Of a stretch of 64,000 bases of DNA, positions 49,540 through 61,159 are shown one piece after another. The notes beneath the pieces are model-generated. The model did not search any database and was not told where the DNA came from. It saw only the letters and a program-made list of their open reading frames with translations. The stretch lies in the NCBI GenBank assembly GCA_038087875.1, contig CM075992.1, positions 2,234,001-2,298,000 of the forward strand, read 5' to 3'. Origin of the DNA: Malacoraja senta. Its lineage: Eukaryota. Position 1 is the first letter of the stretch, and each line of letters opens with the position of its first letter. Both the position numbers and the translations under genes were made by a program.

Positions 49540-49547
49540 AGATGGCA

Positions 49548-49849
49548 TGGCACGGTGGCTCAGCGGTAGAGTTGCTGCCTTACAGCGCCAGAGACCCGGG
49601 TTCCATCCTGACTACAGGCACTGTCTTTATGGAGTTTGTACGTTCTCCCCATGACCACATGGGTTTTCTCCAAGCTCTTCAGTTTCCTCCCACACTCCAA
49701 AGACGTACAGGTTTGTAGGTTAATTGGCTTGGTATAAGTGTAAATTGTCCCGATTGCGTGTTGGATGGTGTTAGTGTGCGGGGATCGCTGGTCAGTGTGG
49801 ACTCGGTGGGCCGAAGGGCCTGTTCCTGCACTGTATCTCTAAACTAAAC
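49548..49849 (+). mobile_element. Near full-length HE1-like tRNA-derived SINE
   Basis: GGCACGGTGGCTCAGCGGTAGAG (A box), GGGTTCCATCC (B box), central core, CR1-shared tail GGGCCGAAGGGCCTGTT..CTGTATCTCTAAACTAAA. Confidence 0.9.
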
Positions 49850-52020
49850 CCCTTGGGGGTACTCGTCTTCCAGCGCCCCTTTATTGCAGTGTCCATTCAG
49901 TCAGTAGCAGCGCTCTCATGTAACTGGAAGAGAGTTGCTTGCGCCAGGATGTGCAATTGCAAAGATCACACCTGTGGTGTTGCATGCAAGAATCTGCAAC
50001 ACTTCAATATGGGTGACTGTGCTGAAAGCAACTACGTCCGCTTCAGCCAAACAGTTTCATGCTTGACGTTCAGAGAGATGTTGAGCCCAGACTCTGACCC
50101 ATCTAGTCTGCACCAACTGTCAAGCACCAATGTACACCAATCCAACACTAATTCCATTGACTGTTCACTCAATTCCTCCCAGATTCCACAACCCACTCAC
50201 ACACCAAATGCCCCCCTGGTGTGTAGGTGAGTGGTGGAATGTGGAGGGGCGGGGGAAAGTTGGTGGGGATGTGAAGAGAATAAGATGGGATTTTGTGTGG
50301 AACATGGAACACACAACAAGGAACAGCAGGCCCCTTCAGGCCATGGTGTTTGTGCCAAACGTGATGTCAAGGTGAACTAATTTCTGCTGCCTGCACATCA
50401 TCCATATCCCTCCATTCCCTGCATATCCATGTGCCTAACTAAAAACCTCGTAAATGCCACTATCATATCTGCCTCCACCACCACTGCTGGCAGTACATTC
50501 TAGACACCGACCACTCTCTGTGTAACAAAGTTATCCCGCACATCTCCTTTGAACTTTGACCCTCTCACCTTAAAGCTTTCCCGTCTGCTCTTTGATATTT
50601 CCAGCCTGGGTAAATGGTTCCAGCCAAATATAGAAGGGTTTCCTCCTGAATTAGTTAGTTTAGTTAATGGTTCTGACTGTCTACTCTATCTATTCCAAAG
50701 GTGTTGGCAGACAGTCTGTCTCTGTGTTTTCTGTGAGATTGGATCACACAATTAGCTAATCACTGCTATTTATAATGCAGAGGAGGCCATTTGACCCACC
50801 ATTTTGTGCTATGTGACTAATTCCGGAATGGCCTATAGCCTTGTACGCTGTGGCATATCAGGAGCTCAGCCAAATATAGAAGGGTTTCCTCCTGAATTAG
50901 TTAGTTTAGTTAAGTTTAGTTTAGTTAAATTTATTGGTAGATAAAAGTGCTGGAGAAACTCAGCAGGTGCAGCAGCATCTAGGATATCCCCCCCCCCCCA
51001 ACCCTACATCAGTCTAAAGAAGGGTTTCAGCCCGAAACGTTGCCTATTTCCTTCGCTCCATAGATGCTGCTGCACCCGCTGAGTTTCTCCTGCACTTTTA
51101 TCTACCTTCGATTTTCCAGCATCTGCAGTTCCTTCTTAAACAAATAGTTACATTTATTGTCGTGTACCGAGGTACAGTGAAAAGCTTTTTGTTGCGTGCT
51201 AACCAGTCAGCGGAAAGACAATACATGATTACAATCGATCCATTTACAGTGTACAGATACATGATAAGGGAATAACGTTTAGTGCAAGGTAAAGCCAGCA
51301 AAGTCCGATCAAGGATAGTCCGAGGGTTATCAATGAGGTAGATAGTAGTTCAGGACAGCTGGGAAGAAACTGTCCCAAAAACCGGTGGTGTGCGTTTTCA
51401 CACTTCTAAACCTTTTGCCCGATGGGAGAGGGGAGGAGGGAGTGGCCAGGGTGTGACTTGTCCTTTATTATGCTGCCGGCTTTGCCGAGGCAGCGTGAGG
51501 TGTAGATGGTGTCAACAGAAGAGAGTCATAGAATGGAGCCTTAGAGTCATACAGCATGGAAACAGGCCCTTCGGCCCAAATTGCTCATGCCGACCAAGAT
51601 GCCCCATCTACACTAGTCCTACCTGCTCGCTTTTGGCCCACATCCCGCGAAACCTTTCCTATCCATGGACCAAGTCTTAGTGAGTTCAAGACCCCCACCA
51701 GCCTCTGGGTGAAAACATTTTCACCTCCCCTTTAATCCTTTACACTTTTATTTCTTTATTCCCCAATTAAGCACCGCAGTGATATTTTCTGTCCCCTCTC
51801 CAGTACTTTCACATCCCTCCAGTGGTGTGGTCACCAGAACCCTGCAATGTGACCCAACCACCATTTTTATGATGTTCCAGCAAAACCTATTGGGCGTAAG
51901 TAGAAATCAGAGAAACTGCAGATGTTTCAGACTGGTCTGTTGAAGGATCCCAACCCAAAACGTCACTGACCCATGTTCTCCGGAGATGCTGCCTGACCTG
52001 CTGGGTTACTCCAGCTTTTT

Positions 52021-52563
52021 GTGCCTCCTAATTTGAGGAAGGACATCCTTGTGATTGAGGCAGTGCAGCGTAGGTTCACGAGATTGATCCCTGGGATGGC
52101 GGGATTGTCATATGAGGAAAGATTGAAAAGACTAGGCTTGTATTCACTGGAGTTTAGAAGGATGAGGGGGTTTCTTATAGAAACATATAAAATTTTAAAA
52201 GGACTGGACAAGCTAGATGCAGGAAAAATGTTCCCAATGTTGGGTGAGTCCAGAACCAGGGGCCACAGTCTTAGAATAAAGGGGAGGCCACTTAAGACTG
52301 AGGTGAGAAAAAACTTTTTCACCCAGAGAGTTGTGAATTTGTGGAATTCCCTGCCACAGAGGGCAGTGGAGGCCAAATCACTGGATGGATTTAAGAGAGA
52401 GTTAGATAGAGTTCTAGGGGCTAGTGGAATCAAGGGATATGGGGAGAAGGCAGGCACGGGTTATTGATTGGGGACGATCAGCCATGATCACAATGAATGG
52501 CGGTGCTGGCTCGAAGGGCCGAATGGCCTCCTCCTGCACCTATTTTCTATGTTTCTATGTTTC
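52021..52563 (+). mobile_element. CR1 LINE 3' fragment inserted within a Penelope-derived element
   Basis: ORF 52021-52467 is CR1 ORF2 C-terminus with a TTTCTATG tail. The Penelope-derived sequence stops at 52022 and resumes at about 52565. Confidence 0.9.
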
Positions 52564-52973
52564 AATCTTCGGTTTAAACCAACATCTACAGTTCCTTCCT
52601 ACACATTCCCTTATCGTGTATCTATATACTGTAAATGGATCGATTGTAATCATGTATTGTCTTTCTGCTGACTAGTTAACATGCAACAATAGCTTTTCAC
52701 TGTACACGTGACAATAAACTGAACTAAACAGAAGTGAATAAAGAGTTCTCCTTCATAAAGTCGGATAATTCTGGGGAGGAAGAGCTGGTTTTTGTGCTTC
52801 CTCCACTGGCCTCCCAGCTGTGCCTGTGTGAAACGAGGCCCAGCATTTGCGTGCCGGTTCACAAAAAAATCTACATCCACTGAATTGAGACAAACGCAGA
52901 GGCAGTTGCGGTTGCTTCCTAAATCTACTGATCCCACAGACCAATCCCTGGGTAGATAGAGGAAGAAATAAAT

Positions 52974-52996
52974 CACGTGGAATTTTGGAAAGTCCC
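52974..52996. promoter_or_regulatory. E-box plus canonical NF-kB site in unique sequence
   Basis: CACGTG at 52974-52979. GGAAAGTCCC at 52987-52996 equals GGGACTTTCC on the minus strand. Confidence 0.35.
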
Positions 52997-53371
52997 TCAG
53001 AAGAATTTCATTCCTTTTGCTTGCAGCTGAATTATTTTCATTCATAATACTAACATGAAATCTTCTCAATCTGGGTTTTTCCAATCAATTTATTTTTCTT
53101 TTACCAGATTGGGAATGCGAGTGTGTTTCTTAGAGCTCTCTGCCAGTGCATTCCTGGTGTGGTCGGGGGATAACTTTCCTGCACCTTTTCCAACACGTAG
53201 GAAAGTACCCTGGCATCGTCTAAACTGGTGCTGTCAGTGTGGAGTTTGCATGGTGATCGCATATGGTTCCTCCCCAATCCCAAAGATGCACGGATTGGTA
53301 AATTAATTGGCTACAAGTGTGCAGGTAAATTGCCTCAAGTGTCTAGGTAGGAGTTAGAATCTGGATTAAAC

Positions 53372-53950
53372 AAGGAACCGCAGATGCTGATTCACGGAAA
53401 AGAGACACAGAGTGCTGGAGTAACTCAGCGGGTCAGGCAGCATCTGTGGAGAACATGGATAGGTGACGTTTCACAGAGTGCTGGAGTAACTCAGCGGGTC
53501 AGGCAGCATCTGTGGAGAACATGGATAGGTGACGTTTCACCGAGTGCTGGAGTAACTCAGCGGGTCAGGCAGCATCTGTGGAGAACATGGATAGGTGACC
53601 TTTCACAGAGTGCTGGAGTAACTCAGCGGGTCAGGCAGCATCTCTGGAGAACATGGATAGGTGACGTTTCACAGAGTGCTGAAGTAACTCAGCGGGTCAG
53701 TCAGCATCTCTGGAGAACATGGATAGGTGAAGAATGGTCACGACCCGAAACTACACCTATCCATGTCCTCCAGAGATGCTGCCTGACCCGCTGAGTTACT
53801 CCAGCACTCGGTGAAACGTCACCTATCCATGTTCCCCACAGATGCTGCCTGACCCGCTGAGTTACTCCAGCACTCGGTGAAACGTCACCTATCCATGTTC
53901 TCCACAGATGCTGCCTGACCTGCTGAGTTACTCCAGCACTCTATGTCTTT
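53372..53950. repeat. Penelope-derived element expanded into 66-bp tandem units (about 5 direct plus 3 inverted)
   Basis: Unit ACAGAGTGCTGGAGTAACTCAGCGGGTCAGGCAGCATCTGTGGAGAACATGGATAGGTGACGTTTC; period 66 (53410 to 53476). Confidence 0.9.
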
Positions 53951-54131
53951 GTTAGAACCTGGAGATACTTGATAGAAATGTAGGGAATCTAAGTGGAGGA
54001 ATGTGATTGGGAGCTGGCATGGACTCAAGTGGGCCAAATGGCCTCCTTCTCTGTCATAAGGAATTATGGAAACACTTCACATGCCACCAGGGCTCTCAGG
54101 ATCTGACTGTGGACAACCTGGAAGGTGAAGG

Positions 54132-54620
54132 GATACGATACGATACGATAGAACTTTATTTATCCCAGGAGGGAAATTGATCTGCCAACAGTCATAAATA
54201 CACAACAACACAAAATTCAAGAAATATGAAATTAAAGTGGAGTGTAAAGGATTAGGGATGTGTAAAGATTGGGGAGGGGGGGGGGTAAGTCAGTCTCAGT
54301 CTACCCCAGGACAGAAGGGGGAGGGGTTGTGCAGATTGATAGCCACAGGGAAGAAAGATCTCCTGTGGCGTTCTGTGCTGCATCTTGGTGGGACCAGTCT
54401 GTTGCTGAAGGTGCTCCTCAGGTTGACCAGTGTGTCATGGAGGGGGTGAGCTGTATTGTCCAGGATGCTCCGCAGTTTGAGGAGCATCCTCCCCTCCAAG
54501 ACCAACTCCCGTGAATCCAACTCCAACTCCGCCCCCAGGACGGAGCCAGCCTTCCCGGTGAGCTTGTTGATTCTATTGGTGTCCGCAGCCTTTGCCCTGC
54601 TGCCCCAGCACACGGCAGCG
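54132..54620 (-). mobile_element. Rex1/Babar LINE 3' fragment
   Basis: CWGSRAKAADTNRINKL..KAGSVLG..RMLLKLRSILDNTAHPLH..STFSNRL..RCSTERHRRSFFPVAINL, with a (TATCG)n tail. Confidence 0.85.
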
Positions 54621-54939
54621 AAGGAGATGACTGGCTACTGGCTGATGTTTCATTCCACATCCCAACGGGTTTGCCCTTCAGTTGTTAGAATCCATAGAAA
54701 TGAAGCAAAAACTGCTCAGCTAACAGCTGTCCCAGACATGACCTCCGAGCTGCAGAGAGATTCGAGTGGGACAACTGCAGAGGTCAAAAGCTCATCCTGT
54801 TTATAGTCCCCGTTCCAGCCTGCTTGAGATGCAGTGACAGAGCGACAGAAAGGACAAATACTGCACGCATCCCACTCCCATCCAGGATATTAAACAGCAC
54901 AAGAACCAAATAACCAAAGAACCCTGTAAGCATGGAGGC

Positions 54940-55285
54940 ACAAGGAACTGCAGAAAGACACAAAATGCTGGAGTAACTCAGCGGGTCAGGCAGCATCTCC
55001 GGAGAGAAAGAATAGGTGACGGTTCGGGTTGGAACCCTTCTTCAAACTGAGAGTAGAGGTGGGGGAGGAGGAGGAAATAAACTGGAGGCGAGGAAAGGCC
55101 AGAACAAATCAGGACCAGCAACAGATGACCTCAGGAAGGGTGGAGCCAATAATGGCGCATTGTTGGCTGGGGATAATGTGATGACAAGAGGGATACAAGG
55201 ATGTGAACAGCGGAACTGGTAGGATGACAAGGGAGGGGAGGGAATGCGGCAATTACTTGAAATTAGAGAAATCAATGTTCATACC
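54940..55285 (-). mobile_element. Penelope-like element 3' end (variant subfamily)
   Basis: Minus strand GTATGAACATTGATTTCTCTAATTTCAAGTAA matches the end of the GIY-YIG ORF at about 43955-43986. The terminal repeat follows. Confidence 0.75.
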
Positions 55286-56039
55286 TGTTATACTTAGCCC
55301 AATCTAGTCCTTCTTTAGTCTGTAGCCTCCTTTTGCTCTGGTATTTTATTTCATTCACATGTTTAAACTATAATGTTTTATTCTTAATGTTTTAATGTTT
55401 TATGCTTCATTCTTAATGGTTTGTCGTGTTGTTACTTGCGAGTGGAGCACCAAGGCAAATTCCTTGTATGTGTACATACTTGGCCAGTAAACTTATTCAT
55501 TCATTCTCCCCACATTCTTCCCAATTCCCCCATATACAGTTTTATAGGATTTTGGTTAAGCTGTATTTGACGGTTTTTCCCCCCAGTTTTTAGAGATGCA
55601 GCATGGAAACAGGCCCTTTGATTCACCAAGTCCACGCCAACCATCGATCACCTATCCACACTGGTTCTATGTTATCCCACTTTCCCATGCCCTACACACT
55701 AGGGGAAGTTTACAGACAATAGACAATAGACAATAGACAATAGGTGCAGGAGTAGGCCATTCGGCCCTTCGAGCCAGCACCGCCATTCAATGTGATCATG
55801 GGTGATCATCCCCAATCAGTACCCAGTTCCTGCCTTCTCCCCATATCCCCTGACACTGCTATTTTTAAGAGGCCAATTAACCTACAAACCTACAAACCCT
55901 ATTTAACCAAAAGGAACTGTGGATGCTGGTTTATACCAAAGATAGACATAAAATGCTGTAGTAACTCAGTGGGTTAGGCAACATGTCTGGAGAAAAAGAA
56001 AAGGTGATGTTTTGGGTCGGACCCCTTCTTCAGACCCCT

Positions 56040-56352
56040 TAGTTTAGAGGTACAGCATGGAAACAGGCCCTTCGGTCCATTGGGTCCACGCCGACAAGCG
56101 ATCCCCGCACACTAACACTATCCTCCACACACTGGGGACAATTTTTACATTTACACCAAGCCAATTAACCTACATACCTGTACGTCTTTGGAGTGTGGGA
56201 GGAAACCGAAGATCTCGGAGAAAACTCACCCAGGTCACGGGGAGAACGTACAAACTTCATACAGTCAGCACCCGTAGTCGGGATCAAACCGGGTCTCCGG
56301 CGTTGTATTCGCTGTAAGGCAGCAACTCTACCGCTGCGCCACCGTGACCGCC
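56040..56352 (-). mobile_element. HE1-like SINE
   Basis: Reverse complement of the SINE consensus, ending ...CAACTCTACCGCTGCGCCACCGTGACCGCCC. Confidence 0.88.
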
Positions 56353-57539
56353 CTTCTTCTTTATCCTTGAAGACTTGTTTAATATTTTTCTCTTTGCCTC
56401 TCTCTGCCTCAGAGGGCGGTGGAGGTCGGTTCTCTGGATGCTTTCAAGAGAGAGCTAGATAGGGCTCTTAAAGATAGTGGAGTCAGGGGATATGGGGAGA
56501 AGGCAGGAACGGGGTACTGATTGGGGGTGATCAGCCATGATCACATTGAATTGTCTCTTGTCTATTGTGTGGGTTTTGTGTGTGTCCATTGAAACTACTA
56601 GTCCACATGTCTTTGATATGAGCAAGGGGCCCCAAGAAACTGCAGAAAGCTCACATGGCCACAGGGAGAACGTGCACGCTCCACACAGACAGCATTAAGG
56701 TCAGGGTTGAACCCGGGTCGCTGGGGATATGCGACAGCAGCTCCGTTAGCTGTGCTTTTATGCGTGCCCCTCAAACAATGACTCCTATGCCTCTGCAACG
56801 TTAGACTGCAACTTCCATGAGCAGCAAATGTCTTCAATTTAACACTGGGAACAACTAATTTGGCTGTGAGATGATGCCAGCTCTTGGGTCTTGTTAGACC
56901 CCAAGATAAGTTGCTGACCTTTTATCAACAGCTACAGTAAAAACCAATGCAGCATAAACATAAATAAGCAGGAGCAGGACTGGACTGTAGGCCTCTCCAC
57001 ACCGCTCTACCATTTAATAAGAACATGATCTTTGCCTATTCACCACTTTTGCTCTCTCCATATACTCCTTCATTCCTTGTGCAGTTTATGCTGGTTTACA
57101 CCGAAGATGAAGGTTCAAAGGTTCAAAGTGCTGGAGTAACTCAGCGGGACAGGCAGCATCTCTGGAGAGAAGGAATGGGTGACGTTTCGTGTCGAGACCC
57201 TTCCTTTGTGCTTCAAGCATGTGGCAACCTTCATCTGTGATACACTGCTGGTCCTGTTAAATTTTGATGTGTCACAGTTCTCTGGGGCAGAGAATGTAAA
57301 AGTCACAGCTCTCCGAAAGTAGAAATTCTTCCCCTTTTTCATCTTAAATGGGCAAACCCTTAATCTGAAACAATGTCCCCAGCAGTGGGCAGCCCTGTCA
57401 GGGGAAACCTCTTTGCCCCATCCACTCTCTCATTCCCACTCAGGGTCTACACTGCTTCAATGAGATCCCTTGAACCCCTGCGTTTCAGCCCAACCTTTCC
57501 TCAATGCCCACCTCACTATCTCAGGAAGTAACCCAGGGC

Positions 57540-57780
57540 ATGTGGGAAGGAACTGCAGATGCTGGTTTACACTGAAGATAGACACAAAATGCTGGAGTAA
57601 CTCAGCGGGGCCCGGCAGCATTTCTGGGTAGAAGGAATGGGTGACGTTTTGGGTCTGAAGAAGGGTCTCGACCCGAAACTGGTCACCCGTTCCTTCTCTC
57701 CAGAGATGTTGCCTGACCCGCTGAGTTACTCCAGCATTTTGTGTCTATCTTCGGTTTAAACCAGCAGTTCCTTCTTACAC
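57540..57780. mobile_element. Penelope-derived palindromic element
   Basis: Inverted arms around GGGTCTGAAGAAGGGTCTCGACCCGAAAC. Confidence 0.8.
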
Positions 57781-59081
57781 CACTGGGGATTGGTTTGCTC
57801 ACACCTTTGTCTATCTTTGAAACAACTCAGTGCATGTTCTCTGCAATGCTTCCAGTGCATCACCCCTACCCTCTCTGCACTGCCATTCACATGAGAATAT
57901 CTTTCCATGCATTGCATTCTGATTTTCGTCACGCCAACATTATCTAAGCCTAGCTGCTGCTACAACCCACAACCATAGCAAAGTCACCTACAGACCTACA
58001 GAGTCTGAAGAAGGGTTTCGGCCCGAAACGTTGCCTATTTCCTTCGCTCAATAGATGCTGCTGCACCCGCTGAGTTTCTCCAGCATTTTTGTGTACCTTC
58101 ACCTACAGACTTGATCCATAAGACTCCCTCATCTTATAAACTTCATTCAAAACTGTCCGCCTGGGCCCTACACACCTGGCACCGCGATCAATGCCTTTGA
58201 TCGGAATTTACTGGACTTTATCTTACACTAAACGATATTGACGTTACTTCCTTTATCATGTATCTGTACACTGTGGACGGCTCGATTGTAATCATGCTTA
58301 GTCTTTCTGCTGACGGGTTAGCACGCAACCCAAGATTTTCACTGTTCCTCGGTACACGTGACAATAAAACTAAACTCAATAAACTCAAATAGTAACGATA
58401 CTAGCCCGAGACCAATATCACAGGTCTAAACGGAGCCACATGCTACCTTTGATTTGACTTGATGGTCCTCACAAGTATATGTCCTCACTGTAATCTTTCT
58501 CAGCCCTTCCCTCTGCCCAATCATTCCATTCCCCAGAGCCTGGCCTCATCTGGATTCCACTGGCCCTTCATTCATCCATTAATTCCACTTCCAGCCACCA
58601 ATTTCCCTCCCATTTTGCAAACCCACCTCTGACCAAGCGTTTGGTCGGTGTTGCTCGCGGCTCCTTCCTTGGCCCAGAGTTCATCTTCTGATTGTACTCT
58701 TCCGAACAATGCACAAATCCACAACTGGCTTGTTATCACTGAATTACTTCTGATGAAAATGGACAGGCTTGGTCCGCTCGCTGACTCTCTTGCCGAGCTG
58801 GAGCAGAGTGAACAGACCGTAGACTTACACAATCTGATCTCACCACAACTTATCCTAACATCACTGCTGAAGCAATATCTAACTACCGCGTGACTATAAC
58901 TGGGACAAATTCCCAGGCAACCAGACTTCCTGTGTGCATATATTACTAGATTTTCTCCACTTTCACCCGCCATTGTTTGTACCTGTGATCCATGCACGCC
59001 TTTCTCGTGCTGCTCAAGTGCTGTTTAAGGTGCAAATGTGTATATTTTGTATGCAACCTGCCTTCCTATTCAAACGCAAAA

Positions 59082-59500
59082 TGTGTGTGTGTATGTGTTT
59101 GTATATTTATTTGCCTGTGTGTGTGTGCGTGTCTGTGTGTGTGTGTACGTGTGCGTCTGTGTGTGCGTGTGCGTGTGTACGTGTGCGTCTGTGTGTGTGT
59201 ATGTGTGTGTCTGTGTGCATGTGCGTGTGTACATGTGCGTCTGTGTGTATGTGTTTGTGTGTGTGTTTGTATATTTATTTGTGTGTGTGTGCGTGTGTAC
59301 ATGTGCATATGTGTGTATGTGTATGTGTGTGTGTGTATGTGTGTGTCTGTGTGCATGTGCGTGTGTACGTGTGCATCTGTGTGTGTGTGTGCGTGTGTGT
59401 GTATGTGTGCATGTGTGTGTGTATGTGTGTGCATGTGTGTGTGTGCATGTGTTTGCGTGTAGGTGAAAGTGCGTGTGCGTGTGTGCGTGCATGCACACAT
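59082..59500. repeat. Imperfect (TG)n microsatellite
   Basis: Directly visible. It produces the spurious CV- and HT-rich ORFs. Confidence 0.97.
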
Positions 59501-60126
59501 GTGTTGGAGTGCTTATGTCTGTATAAGTGTCTCTCTGTGTGTACATGCTAAGTGTCTGCCTCAGTCTGTCTTTCTGCACCTTAGCGTGATTCAATATCAC
59601 ATGTCTCCTCCTCTGGTGTATAAGATCATTTGAGGTTAGGTTGCATAAAATTTGACAAGTATTTCCCTTTTTCTTTCTGTTTACACAAATTAGGTGTATG
59701 GACAATAATGTCCCAGATCACAAGAATATTTTAAACCGGTTCAAAATTGAACGTTTGGTGTTATATTATCCAGGTGTTTATTATGCTACAAATGGATGTC
59801 GCGAACACAGAGACAAACTCCTTGGATAAGAGTCACATATCCAATGCAACTTTGGCAACTTCGATCAGTAGCTCCTTTCTCCTAACGGCTTGACGATAAT
59901 GCATGCTGCAAAGTAGATTAACAATAGGGTGAATAGTTCTCTTTTACAAATGGGTAATGCACAGTTAAAGTCTGCTATCTGAATGAGATGGGCAACCGCA
60001 TTTGTTCAAATCTTTCTTAACAAGACACCCGTGTTGATGTCAATGTGCTTTGTCTCGCTAACAGGAACTCTGGGGCCTCTGGGCCAACATTTCACAATTA
60101 GGTGGATGTATTCAGCTCTGTCTGTC

Positions 60127-60184
60127 TGTGTGTGCAACAGGGACTGTGTGTGTAACAGGGACTGTGTGTGTAACAGGGACTGTG
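60127..60184. repeat. 18-bp tandem repeat, three copies
   Basis: Units of TGTGTGTG(C/T)AACAGGGAC. Confidence 0.85.
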
Positions 60185-60520
60185 AGGAACAGTGAGTGTC
60201 AGCACAGACTGATGTCTGGAAATTAGATTGCATCTGTCTACAGGTGTTTCATGCTAAAACCCAATATGATCGCTGATGAAACAAAGCATTGGTTAAAATC
60301 CAGTTTGAAATGTTATCAGCATGGATTACATCCTAGAGCAGGGCCTGCTTGGTTCCCGATGAGACTTGGCTCTATTTAGCACCTCACTCAATATTTTGCC
60401 ATGTACAGTATAAACCAGTGAAAGCCCTCAGCCCTTAAAGGCACAGCTCGTACTGCGGCAGTGCGTGTGGTGGCTGTTACAGCAGTGCTGGCAGTGCTGG
60501 GCAGATGGAAGTGTATAACA

Positions 60521-60568
60521 CCAGTTGCCAACTGTCCCGTATTAGTCGGGACATCCTGTATATTGGGG
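60521..60568 (+). mobile_element. Isolated end of a hAT (Blackjack-like) DNA transposon
   Basis: CCAGTTGCCAACTGTCCCGTATTAGTCGGGACATCC: TIR-like start with a TGTCCCG/CGGGACA subterminal palindrome. The partner end was not seen. Confidence 0.4.
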
Positions 60569-61159
60569 TTAAGAGGGGAAGATAGATCAGCCATGATTGA
60601 ACAATGTAGACTAGACGGGCCAAATGGCCTAATTCTGCTGCTATCACAAGAACTTATGAATAACTTCGTAGATCCGGCCAGTTGGATGCAAACACAGAAA
60701 GCACCTGAAATTGTTGATACTGACGACTAGAAAGCTTCAGTAGTCTGAAGAAGGGTTCAGACCCGAAACGTCACCGATCCATTTCTCCAGAGATGTTGCC
60801 TGACCCGTTGAGTTACTCCGGCACTCTGTGTGTAAACCATGCCGTACGACTCCATGACTCAATGACCATGTGAAGGTGAAAGCAGGGCGGAGGTTTTGCA
60901 GAACAAGTACACACATGTTTGAGCTGTGTGTGGGTGTAGGGTGTAGGCTGTCGTTGTGCTGGAGAAAGTGGTGGCAAGGAGCATGAGCACGAATGCTTGC
61001 TCGGGTGAATGAGTGTGTGCGTGCAGGAAGGCACAAAGTGCTGGAGTAACTCGGTGGGACGGGCAGCATGTTTGGAGAGATGGAATAGGTGATGTTTCAG
61101 AGTCTAAAGAAGGGTCTCAACTTGAAACGTCACCTTTTCCTTTTCTCCATGACATGTTG

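Noticed and set aside
49548..49620. tRNA gene
   Set aside because: The A/B boxes belong to a tRNA-derived SINE head that continues into SINE core and tail; no convincing cloverleaf.
53384..53794. 136-aa repeat protein or CRISPR-like array
   Set aside because: The 66-bp units are contiguous near-identical copies with no unique spacers, there are no cas genes, and the context is eukaryotic. The ORF exists only because 66 is divisible by 3.
58934..59705. Cys/Val- and His/Thr-rich ORFs
   Set aside because: These are translations of the (TG)n microsatellite.
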